A DNA stretch of 63,991 nt, filler included, from Reticulomyxa filosa (GCA_000512085.1; 24 parts of 24 records of this genome joined end to end with filler, not necessarily neighbours in it); one strand, 5' to 3'; shown: positions 39,896 through 53,715, numbered from the whole stretch's first letter. The notes: a model not told the origin generated them from the sequence alone. Translations and numbers: made by a program.

Positions 39896-40930
39896 TCAGC
39901 CGTGAAGACCAACAACACGAGTGTAATATATCCCAACCTCAATTCCTCGTTCGTTTGCATAGTGTTGTAAAATGGCATGAGCTTTTGGAAATCCAACCTT
40001 AAACATTTTTAACACACTCCGTATACTCGGAATTTTGCCACTGTTTTCGTTTCGAAATGTATCTAACTTCTGTAACGCACTGCGAAACGTGTCTGTGTTC
40101 TTTTTTGTTTTCCAAAAAAAAAAAAAAAGTGACAAAAGAAGCACAGAAGAAAAAAAAAAAACAAAAAACAAAAGTATTGTGCCAATAAATTTTTTTTGCA
40201 CCAGAACAAACCTTCCAATCATCAACGCGATTTTTTTGTTTGTTTGTCCTTGTATGTTTTCCTGACTATGTGTAAGTATAAGTGTTAGTTTTTTTTTTTT
40301 TTTTTTTTTTTAATAATGGTACTTCTACAAACGATATAGGTGCATTACGGTGCATGCAAAAGTGTCACACTCAAAAATGGTAGGATTGTACGAAATGTAC
40401 ATAAAACTGAAGGCTACTCAAGGGGAGGAGAAGGGAGGGGAAAAAAAAAAAGGATCGTTCGGAGATACGTATCCAAACTCAACTTTGTGTGCATGATACT
40501 TTGTCACACTTTTTGGCAAAGCGTTTTCTCTCTCTAAAACTGGCTCTGTCCTTTCCTCCATTTTCATTGTTGATAAGCTCCTTTTTTTTGGGGTATCGAC
40601 AACAGAAGTCGTTTGTTGATGCTCTTCGAATTTTTGCTCATATATTTTCCCCGCAAACTGTTCCGCTTGTTTTTTTTTGCTCTCATCTTCTTCGTCTTCT
40701 TTGATCTTAATCTTGTTCATATTGTTGTTGGTAGTGACACTATTATTACAGTTGTTGGTGCTTGGCGCTCCTGGGCAATTGGCTTGTGCGATTGTCAGCG
40801 GAAATATTGGCAATCGCAACATCTGTGAGTTATCGCCATTGACGTTCGCTCCAACCATAAAAGGTAGAAAAGGCCATATATTTGTAATTGGTGTGCATGT
40901 TGCTTCTGTTGGTATCGGAAGTTTTGACAT
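39896..40930 (-). CDS. Hypothetical protein with C-terminal helix-turn-helix-like segment
   Basis: Low-complexity N-terminus, then exon FRSALQKL...KIPSIRSVLKMFKVGFPKAHAILQHY. Confidence 0.4.
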
Positions 40931-41603
40931 GCTTATATTCTTTTTTTCAACCTTTTCATATGTCGCCACACACCGAAACGTTGACACAAAAACAATGGAC
41001 AATCGACAAATGTGCACATATGAGTATAACTGTTTTGTACTCCATTGCTACTAAACACGTGTTATAGTTGTCAAAAGGTAAAGTATATTGGGCAATTATT
41101 GCCTCAAAGGAGGTATCAATTTAGTACTAGCGGACTCTAAATCCTTTGTAACTGAACTTGTGCAGAAAAGTAACAAGTAGCACTGTGATTTTCATTTTAA
41201 GCATCACGTACCCACAAGAATTGTTCTAACAATGCAAAAAATATATAATTGTATTATATTAAAAGCAAGTGAGCCACTTATGAGTCTTGCAGCTCCGAAA
41301 TTCGAACATCATAAAGTAATTTGCAGTGATAACCGAACTGAATAAATTGATTAATAATAATTAAACTTATGGTAATTACAAAGGTAGCAGACTGGGAACA
41401 TGTGACAATTTCAGCGTAAAATAAGTACTTTTTATTGCAAAAAACATAACGAGTGGGGAAGAACAATGAAAAGTTCACATTCTGATTTTTTGTCATGTAT
41501 ATTTCTTGAGGTGTCTTTCACGCCTTTCATTTTTTGATCATCTTTTTTTTTTTTCCACAATTAATACAAAGCATTCTCTTTCATTGTTTCGAAGCATTTA
41601 TTC

Positions 41604-41899
41604 ATGATGAATTTCAATCGCGTACAACGACCCAATCCAATTTCACCAAACCCACTTTCCAAACGGCATCAACAGCCAAACAAATACAACCGACTTCAAC
41701 CAAATCCAGGTTCAGTAAGTCAGAGCAATGATGGGAATTTGGTTGAAAGCAATGTTGCAAAAGCAGAAGTAAAGAGCGCGGATCACGAGCAACGCCCGCA
41801 ACATATCAAAGAACAAGCAGGGAGCATTGTAATAAAGCAAGATAAAACGGATATACCTCAGCAACAAAAAGACAAAGTGAATATAGCTACATGTGTTCC

Positions 41900-41934
<35 letters not shown>
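41604..41934 (+). CDS. Hypothetical protein, N-terminal exon (Q/N/P-rich)
   Basis: ORF runs to the contig end. Confidence 0.35.
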
Positions 41935-42034
41935 NNNNNNNNNNNNNNNNNNNNNNNNNNNNNNNNNNNNNNNNNNNNTTAATTAATTAANNNNNNNNNN
42001 NNNNNNNNNNNNNNNNNNNNNNNNNNNNNNNNNN

Positions 42035-42239
42035 AATTTTCAAAAATCATTTGAAAGAATATTGATTTCATCCAACAAAAAAAAAAAGTTATTAAAAAAC
42101 CAATATCATATTTAAAAACTACAAGACTTGTAGATATTTTTTTAAAAAAAATTATGTCTAAATGTTGATTTTTCATTGAGAAAATCAATTATCATCATAA
42201 AATATGTTTTAGGCGTTCAGTTTTCTTTTCAACATACTG
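42035..42239 (-). mobile_element. TA-CAGT TIR element end, same family as 12707-12970 and 13306-13435
   Basis: catatttaaaaactacaaga..tagatattttttt..aaaattatgtctaaatg...gaaaatcaat...actg|ta is shared with the other copies. Confidence 0.7.
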
Positions 42240-43539
42240 TAGTAATAACATGGTGTCACTTGATCAAATAAATATCAATGACATCATTTTCTCCAAGCTC
42301 TTTCATAGTTGATATTAAGCAAAAGGAAAGTTGTAAATTTATGAATTGCATTTGTTGTGGATCTCTTTAAAGCAAATTTCAATCAGATAACAACTAGTTC
42401 ATCTTTGTGATTTGGGATTTGCAATTACTTCACTTGTTCATTCTTATAAAATATTTTCTTTTCTAGAAATAATTTCACTATAATTATATTTCATGTTTTT
42501 TAAATCACAGGTACTTGTATGTCCTCTACATAACAAATATTTCTTTAATCTTGAATTTATTCTATGATGATAATTTTCTGATATGCCTTTACAAATAACA
42601 TTTTCACAATTGACAAGTTACTAAATCTTTCATCTTCTACTACTTCATTAATAATTTCTTGAGATTTAATTGTTCAAAAATAATATCGATTTATTTTTTG
42701 ATTTAATATTTCTTGATTATGTGTTCTCCAATTGTTCAGAAAAATATCTGAATATTGAACAGAATGGAATGCCTTGCTCCTTGTTCTTTGGTTTTTGTTT
42801 TTCAGCATCATTTGATTCTTGGCAATCAATTACAGTCTTGAATTGAATTATTCTGCGATTGATTTTCACTTGATTTTGAAAATGCACAAACAGCGTTGTA
42901 TATGATTACGAAATGTGTGCTTTCAATTTCATTGCAAAAAAACCATTTCAACTACAAGCATCGATATTAACTTTTGCCAAAAGTTGCGTTTTGAAGGCGA
43001 AAATGTTTGAAGTTACAAGATAATTCGATATTTAAGTGCTTTTGGAAAATTAAGATTGGACAGTAAGAAATTTCGCAAAAGTAAAGAAATCGAAGAAACA
43101 AACGACAAGACCAAGAAAGAAACTTTTTTTCTACTTTTATAGTAGTATAAAATTTTTTTTTAATAATAATCGAACATTGTAAAAAAGTGTATGTATTAAT
43201 CACTTTGGTTTTTTGGCAACTAATTTGTCGGTTCTTCAGCATAAACTCCACCACCAAAGTATGCATGCGCAGTTAAAAGAAAGATTCTTGAGGGAAGTGA
43301 TAACAAAAAGCCTTTTAGCAATGCTTGCAGACCACATTCATCATTAATATTAACTTTTGTTTAAAAGTTGTTTTTTTTTGAAAGGAATCTTGTTGAAAAC
43401 TCAAATACTTCAACATCTCTAAAGTTTTGAAGGAAAATTTGAAAATCGAGTTTCAAGATTAACGTCGATTTTCGTCAAGAAAGTTCCTGAGCGTCAAGAA
43501 AGAAGAAGAAAACTTTTTTTAACTAGTAGTGAAATAAAT

Positions 43540-44400
43540 ATCATGGCGGCATTGGAAATGGAACTGGATATGATATTGATATGCATGAGAAGATAGATAT
43601 CAGATTAACAGATGACATTACGAAGAAAGTAAAGTATGAATTTTCAGTATTTCAAGTTGCATTACATAGTTCAAGTATGCAACAAAACGAAGAAAAGAAG
43701 ATTGATAAAATCACATTTGAAAACTTGTGGGAAAAAAATATGCAAGTTCGATGACAATTACTGTGTACGAATACTCCAACGATACAATAAAGTACAAAGA
43801 ACTTAAATCAGCAATATCGGTGATTAAGTTCATCTGATTGAAAAACAAGGACACAATGTCCAGAAAAGTATTATCAAATATATTTTATGGAAATTTCAGT
43901 AAATTATTTGTTCATTTTGCAGTTGATGTTAATGAGCAAAGCTAATTCAACTAGCTAATAACTTCAATGATGCCAAGGATGGACAAACTGAACAAAAAGA
44001 AAATTAAGATGGTAAACAAAGAATTGTAAGAAAGTGAAAATGAAATAAAAGGATTATAGATATCATGTTCAAGAATTGAAACAATTCCATAAGATGCCAA
44101 TTGTTAAAGTGATGCTATTCAATTCTGATGATATCGTTAAGATATTGAATGGTGAAAGTAGAACCATTATATAAAAACAAATCAAATACAAAATAGCATT
44201 TCAAGCAATGCAGGAAATGCTACATATTGAATCATATCGATCGTGAGTGCCCAAAGAAACGTAAATTATGTAAGTATTGCGTATTGGCAAATCACGCGCA
44301 GCGAAATGCAGAAACAAAAACGACACAAGCAAATACAAATGTATTCTATGTCGTAATAAACATCCAAGCGATTCATTGCAATGTGAAGTAATTGAAAAAA
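43540..44400 (+). mobile_element. Degenerate LINE ORF1 (gag-like) with three zinc knuckles
   Basis: 44206-44390 translates, across one frameshift, to QCRKCYILNHIDREC...CKYCVLANH...KC...KCILCRNKHPSDSLQC (CX2CX4HX4C array). Many stops upstream. Confidence 0.75.
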
Positions 44401-45094
44401 AAATAAAATTAATTTAAACATTATTCATCATCGGGATAAACTTTTGAAAAAAAAGTTGTATTTTGAAGGAAGAAATAAAGACAAAGATACTAAAAAAAGA
44501 ATTTTTTTTTATAGTGATAAAAAATCTTTTTTACTAGTTGAAAATTTTCATATACTGATATTGCGATTTTGCGCGAGATCAGATATATACAAGATAACAA
44601 ACGAAATACCTAAAGTGAACAGTCGAAACAAAATAATAATAACAAGAAAGAATGTAGAACAAAAGTTAGTAACTTTTCTATTAAATAAGCAGAAATGGCA
44701 ATAGCAGCAATATTCACATGATTTTCTTTAATAATAAGTGTTTAAATTTATTTTTTGTTTTAGTTTGCTTTAATTTGTTAAAANNNNNNNNNNNNNNNNN
44801 NNNNNNNNNNNNNNNNNNNNNNNNNNNTTAATTAATTAANNNNNNNNNNNNNNNNNNNNNNNNNNNNNNNNNNNNNNNNNNNNTTCTATTCCGATTTGAT
44901 GACCGATTATATTACTATTTTGTCAATCTGTTTTGTCTTTTCAATTGCACAACGATCCATTATTTAATATAAATAAATATTATATAAACATATACGTATA
45001 CGTATATATTGCGCACATACATGTACGTGCATTTGCATAATCTTTTTTGTTTGTATATATATATATGTATGTGTGTGTATGTGTGTGTGTTTAG

Positions 45095-45700
45095 ACGATT
45101 AACGACTTTGTGTTGGCACGAGAAAGTGAGAGAGACCTGAATTTAGCTGATTTGCATACAAATGTGGCTAAACTTGGAATTGACGCCTACGGCAACATGA
45201 AATCTTCGCACAACAAATTCACGGATGAGGGGCAGGCGCAACCTGGCTCCTCTTCTCTTGCTTCTTCACATTCCTCTGTCCAACCTAGTGCGCCCTTATA
45301 TAATCCGCAGCCGGATGAGCTCGCCCAATCGTTTCATGGGTTTCAACCCTGGCAGCAACAACAACAACAACAACAACAACAACAACCACCACCACCACAG
45401 TACTATGGAGGTAGATTAACATACAATACACAAACTTTTTTTTTTTTTTTTTTGGGTATCCCCCTTCTCTTGCGATTGTAATGCTATCTATCCCTTATGT
45501 TGTATATCGTAGGTTCTCCTCCGCAATATCCACATGGATATCCTCCTCAATACGGACAATACCCGCCCCCGCAGTATACTCAGCCGTCTTATGGCTATCC
45601 TCCGTATTATCAGCAGCCGAACAACCCTTTCTATAACAGTAGCAATAACAATAGCAATAACAATAGCAACGACAATGGCAACAACAGTGGCAATCAGTAG
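45095..45700 (+). CDS. PDCD6IP: ALIX/BRO1-family C-terminus (end of V domain + Pro/Tyr/Gln-rich tail)
   Basis: INDFVLARESERDLNLADL resembles ALIX SDIVFARKTERDELLKDL. It is followed by a PSAP motif and a PPQY-rich tail. In-frame intron 45411-45512. Confidence 0.65.
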
Positions 45701-46281
45701 TTCCTTTTTTTTTTTTTTTTTTTCTTCTATCCCTCAAATAGACTTTTATATTTTGCGTTTGAATAGTTTTAATGTTGAAATTGGAACTTTTTTTTTTGTG
45801 TGTGTGTGATTTTCATCAAAAGGGAAGGGGAAGCATATGATGAAAGAGGGATACTGTCTTGTCAATGACCAAAATTGTTTTTTTTTTTTTTTTTTGCTTG
45901 CTTGTGTGCTTTTTTTTGTGGTAATTGTCTTGCAAAATTACCCAATGCAAATGCATATTTTTAGATGGTAGAATATATTTTTAATATAATAATTTAATCT
46001 TTAGGTAATGTTTTTTTTCTTTTGCTAACAGCTCAACAATTATATACATATATATTTTTTTTTTTTTCAAACGTGTAAACTAAAGCTTGCAGCAGCAAGC
46101 AAGAGTCGAAAGAAAGGAACTGGAAAAAAAAAAAAAAAAAAACACTTCCAAGTGCGGCGTAAACTTCAATAGTGACAAAGTGGAGCCATTAAAAGTTTGA
46201 TCTTTGTGCTTTGCCTGTCCCAGCGTAGGTTTTTTTTTTTAAAAAAAAAAATTATTAATATCCCAAATTTGGAAACTAAAA

Positions 46282-46730
46282 ATGTTTTCCTCCGGTAATG
46301 TAAGCCAAGATACTGATAATTTTGCAGCTCCAAGTGCGGTACTGGTGAGAAATCCCTATCGTTCGAATTCATCAATAATTCATTTGAACTCAAGTTCAAG
46401 TGCCTCTTCCAGTACTCCTTGTGTAATAACATCGAACACAAACATGTCAGCATCCTCCCCTCTCATGCCATCGACAACAGCGACGATAATAAACGCGCAT
46501 CCTCCAAGTGTGATGTCATCATGCACGAGTTACCTGTACCGCCACGAGGACAGTTCGAATCCGAGCATAAGCGGATCTGCCACCGGTACAAACGAGATGA
46601 GCCAAATGCCATCATCTCAGCTGGAGACCAATTCGACTCAAGATTTCCGTGTATACACTGAAGTTTATGCAGGAGGTATTTGTTGTATGGTTATATTTAA
46701 AACAAAAAAAAAAAAAAAAAAAAGATTCAA
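46282..46730 (+). CDS. Ser-rich hypothetical protein, N-terminal exon
   Basis: ATG-initiated low-complexity ORF ending at a splice donor near 46676. Confidence 0.35.
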
Positions 46731-47564
46731 NNNNNNNNNNNNNNNNNNNNNNNNNNNNNNNNNNNNNNNNNNNNTTAATTAATTAANNNNNNNNNNNNNN
46801 NNNNNNNNNNNNNNNNNNNNNNNNNNNNNNATATGTTCAATTGATATGTGTATGTAAGTTTTATTATGATAAGATGTGTCAATGTTGCCAAAGGTGAGAA
46901 TAACCTTAAATGCAATAGGATCAAAGAAGTCACGGCCATTGTAATTGCTGTTGTGGTATTGGCTACTATATGTTTGGATTGACCTTTTTCTTTGCGTACA
47001 GACTTTGCCGGGTTATTTTGTTGCGCTGTCACATTTTGTAAACCAGGACGCCTCTTCTAAATCGGCAGACGATACTGACTGAAGAAGAAATATTCAATTG
47101 CGCATTTTCGCTTTCACTTGCACTTTGCTGTTCTCAATACTTTCACTACTACTTCGCTGTTGTTGCTATCTTCGTCGTTGTCGCTTTCCTGGATTTCTTT
47201 GTACTTTGTTTTTGGTTTGTCGCCGTCTTTAGCAATACCGCTTTGGTCGTGGCCTTGTTGGTATTGATATTGGTACTGACAAGACAGCAATGAGTTATAA
47301 TTCGCGCATGTCGACTTGGTACCCGACATTTCGCTCGAGTTCACTGTAGTGGATTCATTCTCTTCCTTTTTCTTCGGCTTTAGCGTTGGCCTCGCCTGCA
47401 GACTGTCGTTTGAGTCCATGCAATTAGATGTATTGTCCGTCAATCGACGAGTTGAAGTGCCACGCTTTCGCTTTTGCGTGTCTGTTGTTATTATCATTAT
47501 TAATACGGTTTTTTTTTACAGAATTAGATTATAAAAATTATTTATAAAAACATCTACAACTTAC

Positions 47565-47872
47565 ATTTGCATGGTACCGCCTTGTAATTACAATACTAAA
47601 CGCAATGTACTTTTTTTAGGTGTTGTGTCAGTCAATGTTTGGCCATCCTCTAATTACTTTTCGGCAAATATCAATCGTTGTTGATCTGGAGGAATGCCTG
47701 CATTATCTGAGATTTTATCTTTCACGTTCTGGATCGTGTCGTTAGGCTCGATGTCTAATGTGATTGTTTTTCCTGTTAAAGTTTTCACGAAGCTATTCAA
47801 TAAAAGCAAATAATCGTCATGTTCGTATTAAGATAAGTCATACAACATAATTACTTACATTTGTTTCGCCAT
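47565..47872 (-). pseudogene. Polyubiquitin pseudogene (one monomer plus the start of a second)
   Basis: MAKQI|intron 47793-47858|[27 protein letters not shown]...[21 protein letters not shown]...L*LQGG-T-MQI|gtaag, with stops and a frameshift. Confidence 0.9.
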
Positions 47873-49201
47873 TTTTTACTTTTCTTTTTCTTTGAGCTAA
47901 GATGATCCAAAAGCACAACAGACTTTTTTTAAAGAACAACATTCACTTCTTGGTCCTTGATGACGACAAAAAAACTTACCTTTTTCTGTCAATAAAGGGG
48001 TTTGCTAAAAACTCTTTTGTTAAGAAAACAAAAGTTTTGTCTTCATTGTATATATTTCATAATCTCTTATTTATTTCAAAAAAAGATTAATACATATTTA
48101 CAAAAAGATATGATCCACTCAATAGTGTGTGCAAAACAATTCTTTATTACTTATGTATATACACAATTTTTTTTTTTTGTGTTGTTTTTTAAAATTAAAA
48201 AAAATTCCGACGAGTTTTTTTTTTAACGTATAAATAATAATAATAAAAAAGTTCGATCATGATAAATAATACAACGGCAAAATGGCAACAGCACTCGACT
48301 TATTATCAACGTGGATCTTCGTACGTATACATAGCAACAACGATGATGAACACTATGAACAAAGATTTCCGACAACCAGATCTCCTGAGCTGCTCTAGTT
48401 CAAGCGGCAAGGCAATGACAAAGAAGAAGACGAGCTTTTTGTCAGTTCTTTGAACTATTGGCTCATTTGCACGAATAAGCATAATACTTTTACTGTTATT
48501 GCTGTTGGCGCTGCTGGCAACAAGTAAAGTCACGCAGATGGATTCTGGCACAATTAGAGGACAAAATTCGAGACATAAAGTCTGGCGAACCTACTGTCAA
48601 GGGTTTGATACTGCGTTGCTTCGTTTGTTTCATCTATCTATTGTTCTATGTTCTTTCAATATGATAATATGATATATTCATGCATATATAATGTATATGT
48701 TGTATGTGCATTTGCATCGATAAAACAGGCCAACTACAAGAGATATCCCGAGTGTTATGGACACTGTGCCAAAAAAAAAGAACAAGAATGTCTGACGCCT
48801 CAAGTGACCTTTGACTTGGCGGAATATCAAAACGAATGCTTCCAAAGAGCTATTTTTGACTACATTTCCAAACAGCAACGTTCACAGCATCCAAAAGGCG
48901 TGATTACCAATNNNNNNNNNNNNNNNNNNNNNNNNNNNNNNNNNNNNNNNNNNNNTTAATTAATTAANNNNNNNNNNNNNNNNNNNNNNNNNNNNNNNNN
49001 NNNNNNNNNNNTACGACCCGGTCATGCATCCAGTGCTCTTTATGAAGACGAGAAGCGTTAATGAGGCCAAAAGTGTGGAGGAAAAGGCAAGTGAAAGTAA
49101 ATTTTGGCTCTGATTGTTGTCCCGGCAGCACAAAATTCAATCACAAATTGTTATCAATTTTTGAAAAAAGAAAGTTGGCCCAATTTGATCAATACATTGT
49201 T

Positions 49202-50448
49202 TCAAATATTTGAAATTGAAAAAATCAATGAAGAAACGTCAAGTTGAGAACTAATAAATAAATATATATATGCTATATACGTATGATTGGTCGTGTTTAC
49301 AAATCCAAATTGTTGTTTCAATCTACACAGTGGTGATGTTGAGAAATGATATTTAATTGCTTTATCATATTCTCCTTCATTTTGATGAACAACTCCCAAA
49401 CTATGGTATAAAGCATCAATGTGATTAGATCGTTGTGTATTTAAACTAATTTTCAAATCTTTTTCATAATATTCAATTGCTTTATCATATTCTCCTTTAT
49501 CTTCATATGATCTGCCTAACCAATAATAAGATGCTGCAACATCAACATCAGAATCACGTAATGTTTGCAAGTTAAAACAAAGTGCAAAATGAAATAATTG
49601 AATTGCCTCATTTACTTTTGATATATCTAATAAATTTCTTCCCACTTCCATTATATTTTTTATATCAATAGGCCAAGGACAAGTAAAAACATGAGAACGA
49701 AAATGACAACGATAATAGATAAATTAGTAGGAATAAGTTGTCGAGTAATATGAAAATTTCCAAATCCATCAATAATACAATCAATCATAAACACATCCAT
49801 CAATTGTGATGTTGTCAAATATAATTTTTTTGGAATGAAATGAAGAAACAGAATATGATCCAAATATTAATTTATTTTTCATATATTGATTTGAATTAAT
49901 CATTATTGAGAAAGGAACATCATATTCAGGTAATTGATAATTGAATTGTTGTTGTTGCAACAAATATTGATGAATTATCAAAATTACTTATTGTTTATTA
50001 TTAATCATTTCATTCACCATTTCATGTACTTTTTTATTTGGTTCATTTCATGAAACATCTTTATCAATTTCATCATCTAAACTTTTATGGAATTCATTTT
50101 TTGGATATTTCTTTTCATCGTCATCGTCATTGTTATCTTTTTTTTTATCAATTCGTTGTTATATTGTTAATAAATAATTAAAAATAAAAAAAGATAAACA
50201 AAACTTTGAATTAAATGAATAAAAAAAAGAACAGGTTTCGTTTTAAATGCAATCATTAATTCTTTATTACTGGTAATATACTGACCATTATTATCAGTAA
50301 TTTTAAAATAGGGTATAAAGTATATTGCTTTACTGTTAGTTGTACGAATAATCTCTAATACTTTTTCTTTCAAGCTTTTTAATCTCAGAAAAGCAAGTGT
50401 TACTTCATGCCTTTCTTTTTCAAGACAAACAAAAGCTTTGTAAGGCAT
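49202..50448 (-). pseudogene. PB1-like + beta-rich + TPR family gene, frameshifted paralog of 59611-61023
   Basis: FKITDNNGQYITSNKEL N-domain, ITIDGCVYDCIIDG...ITRQL middle domain, TPRs VAASYYWLGRSYEDKGEYDKAIEYYEKDLKI. Confidence 0.75.
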
Positions 50449-50786
50449 TCTTTTTTTTAGTTTGTAATTAGTAGTTTTAATTATTCTAAAAAAACTTTAA
50501 AGTTCTTTGCTAACTCCAGTTTTTTAAAAGCACCTTTTCCATTTTTTTTTAAAAAAAATAGTATTTGTGTTTTGTCAACTTCCAAAAACTTTTCTAAATT
50601 GCATTGTAACGAATAACATAATAACTCAGAAGTCAACAAAAGAAAATATTTGTATTAACGAAAGGAAATTATATCCATATTTTTTTNNNNNNNNNNNNNN
50701 NNNNNNNNNNNNNNNNNNNNNNNNNNNNNNTTAATTAATTAANNNNNNNNNNNNNNNNNNNNNNNNNNNNNNNNNNNNNNNNNNNN

Positions 50787-51439
50787 ATTGGAATGACAAC
50801 ACAGAGGACGAGAAGATCAAAGCCAATATGGCCAACACAACGCACGGCGGAGGTGGTGGTGGTGGTGGTGGTGGAGGTGGCGGCGGAGATTCGCATCGAA
50901 CCGTAGTAGTGGACCACAGTGCAATGAGTTCGCCACGACAGAGCCCATCCCTATCCTCGGCGTCTTCAAAGCACGTCATCCCTCGCCATCCGAGTGAAAA
51001 GTCTGTCGACCACAGTGGTAATAAAACGCCGCGTGCCTTCAGTTCCGCCAACCCTCCCAACGCCATTGCCAATCACATTAGTAATACAAGCAGCAGCAGT
51101 AGCAGTAACACTAGCAGTAACACTAGCAGTAACACTAGCAGTAGTAGCAGTGGTAATGGAAATGGCAATGGCAATAACATCAATCGACGAAGAACAAGCA
51201 ATTTGAGTGTGAGTCTGCAAGCCATTCAAGAAAGCAAAACAGCTGAACAGGCCAAAACCGAAAACCAAGATATATTGCGACTGCTGCGTGACGGCAATAC
51301 CAACGAACGCAGCAGCGGCACAGGTGCAAGTAGCACAGATAACACTCCGTCGTATTCGACCAGTCCGATTGTTTTGCAAAAACTTGTCGAGGCCACACGT
51401 GCGCAGAGAACTCTTCATTCGCTCAATAGCAATGATAAA

Positions 51440-51504
<65 letters not shown>

Positions 51505-51881
51505 TAACAGTAATAATAACAGTGATAACAATAACAATGCAAATGACTCCGAAAACAACAAAGACCGCGGACGTAACGACAGTGTGGACATTGGCGTGAT
51601 GGGGTATGGACTGCACGTGGATTGTTATGGACGTGTTCCTTCCACAACACGCGAGCAAGCGTTGGCCAGGTCCACTCGAGAAAGCGCCGAAGACGAAAAG
51701 ATTGACACTCCACGGGGAATGGCGTACAATCGTTCTCGGTCGTTCACATTCGATGAAAATGAGCCCGATGATCATCAAAACCCAAAGAGGCAAATCACAA
51801 TCGTCGGCACGCCCATCAGTAGTCGCACAGAACCCAATCAAAAAGAAGATGACGAGGATAATGACAATGACAATGACAATG
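50787..51881 (+). CDS. Low-complexity Gly/Ser/Asn-rich hypothetical protein, internal exon
   Basis: Open across the whole contig, with (GGT)n, (AGTAACACTAGC)n and (AAT)n repeats. Confidence 0.45.
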
Positions 51882-51981
51882 NNNNNNNNNNNNNNNNNNN
51901 NNNNNNNNNNNNNNNNNNNNNNNNNTTAATTAATTAANNNNNNNNNNNNNNNNNNNNNNNNNNNNNNNNNNNNNNNNNNNN

Positions 51982-52330
51982 ACCTTCATTCTCCAATTCT
52001 GATTGAATATCAGCAATATCTTCTTCAGGACAAATTCCTTTCACAACAACTTCTTTAGTCTTAAATTCGCTATCTGACACATGACAAATGATGTGTTTGC
52101 ATTAATATCATTTACAGTGTCTTGAACTTTATCCACATTACTGTTTCTGTTAAGGCGTAACACTAATTTGTTAGCCTTTGTGATTGTAGACGTATACGTC
52201 ATTTTTAATATTTTTTCGAAGGTCTCGTGACAATTTGATGGATCTTCAAATGTGAATACCACTGTTGGAAGCTTTTCTAGTTGACACTTTTTATTTTGCT
52301 TGGTTGGTTCAGTTGTCATCTTAAGAGATC
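51982..52330 (-). mobile_element. Possible LINE ORF1-like fragment
   Basis: Shifted frame VVKGICPEEDIADIQSELENEG resembles the pre-knuckle region of LINE ORF1. Confidence 0.4.
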
Positions 52331-52692
52331 TTGATCTTGATATCTCGATATCGAGTTTGATCTTTTTGAGATACTGAAGTATCTTGAAGTTTCACACCTG
52401 TTACAACGAGTTTTCACTTAGAACGTGTCAGATCGTCACGATGATCTAATATATGATTTTATTTTTTTTTTTTTGTTCGATTGTGGCATCATTGCAATTT
52501 GCATTGGTGGAACATTTGGAATTGAATGTGAATCTGGTTCGACTATCGGTACTCCAGCCTCAGCCACATGGATACATACACGAGATATAATTCAGAGATG
52601 TCTTTGATCTTGATTCATTCCAAATCTTGTATGCCAATACAAGATTATGACCATTGAATCGGCCTGACCATCTGATACATTTGTGTACAGCT

Positions 52693-53104
52693 TTACCTCT
52701 TTTTGTCTTCTTCGTAATTCAAGAGGAAGAAGTTGTGAAATAAATTGATTGTATGCTGCACCATTCCAAAATGCAGATGTATACTCGAAATTCGGACGAA
52801 TGGTCGTTTGTATAATAGATTATATATGGATAAACTTAGTCTGATACCTTTGTATGAACATAAGTATGTCAAATAACCAAGTTTCCTTGCTGCTTTGCCA
52901 TAGATGTAATTAATATGCTTGGAATAAGTCATGTGAAAATCAAGAAACAATCCAAGATACTTCACATGATTGCATTCTTTCAGGTTTGAGTGCTGCAATG
53001 TCAATTGCATCTTTGTAAATTTCCTCTTATTTTGATCTGAATGTGATGCACTGCGTCTTGTCAGCTGCAAGTAACATCTTCAATTTATTCGACCAAATGG
53101 ATAC
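52693..53104 (-). mobile_element. LINE reverse transcriptase C-terminal (thumb) fragment
   Basis: VKYLGLFLDFHMTYSKHINYIYGKAARKLGYL...LLYK..VR matches the non-LTR RT KYLG..D..L....HI....KA...LG.L motif. Confidence 0.8.
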
Positions 53105-53715
53105 NNNNNNNNNNNNNNNNNNNNNNNNNNNNNNNNNNNNNNNNNNNNTTAATTAATTAANNNNNNNNNNNNNNNNNNNNNNNNNNNNNNNNNNNNNNNN
53201 NNNNAAGGGTTTTTGATAAAAAAAAATTTTAAAAACGTTTCAGTTTTAGCAGCTTAGTTTCTCAACCTTAATTTTTGAACTTTTTTTTAGCTACCATCAT
53301 GAACGATTCATCAGGTTGATTTTGTGTCCTTTTTTTATTGCTAAAAAAAAGCCACAAAAAATTGCCCTATGACACAATAACAGATATTTTTTGTGAGCTC
53401 CAAAACACGGCCGAACCAAAACCAAAAAGGGCAAGAACGAATGAAAGGGGTAAGGCTGAATGTTCAAAAAAGTGCACATATCAGCCAAATCTTTTTTTGA
53501 AAAAGATCTTGGACGTGTGAGTGACATGTGAGATAATAATGATATAACATGTGATAGAAAACAAGATTATGTTGGAAGAATTTGACACAACTACACTTAA
53601 CGTTAAGGAGTACGGCTTGTTAATGGGGATACGTTTTGAAACAACCGAGTGCTTATTTTGGAAAGTATCTTTGTGTGTTTGTGCATTGTACGTGCGTGAA
53701 CTGTGACTAAAGGCT

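Noticed and set aside
50966-51841. 291-aa ORF with a poly-Ile 'TM' stretch, and overlapping poly-Tyr/poly-Ile ORFs
   Set aside because: Alternative-frame readings of an (AAT)n microsatellite that encodes poly-Asn on the + strand
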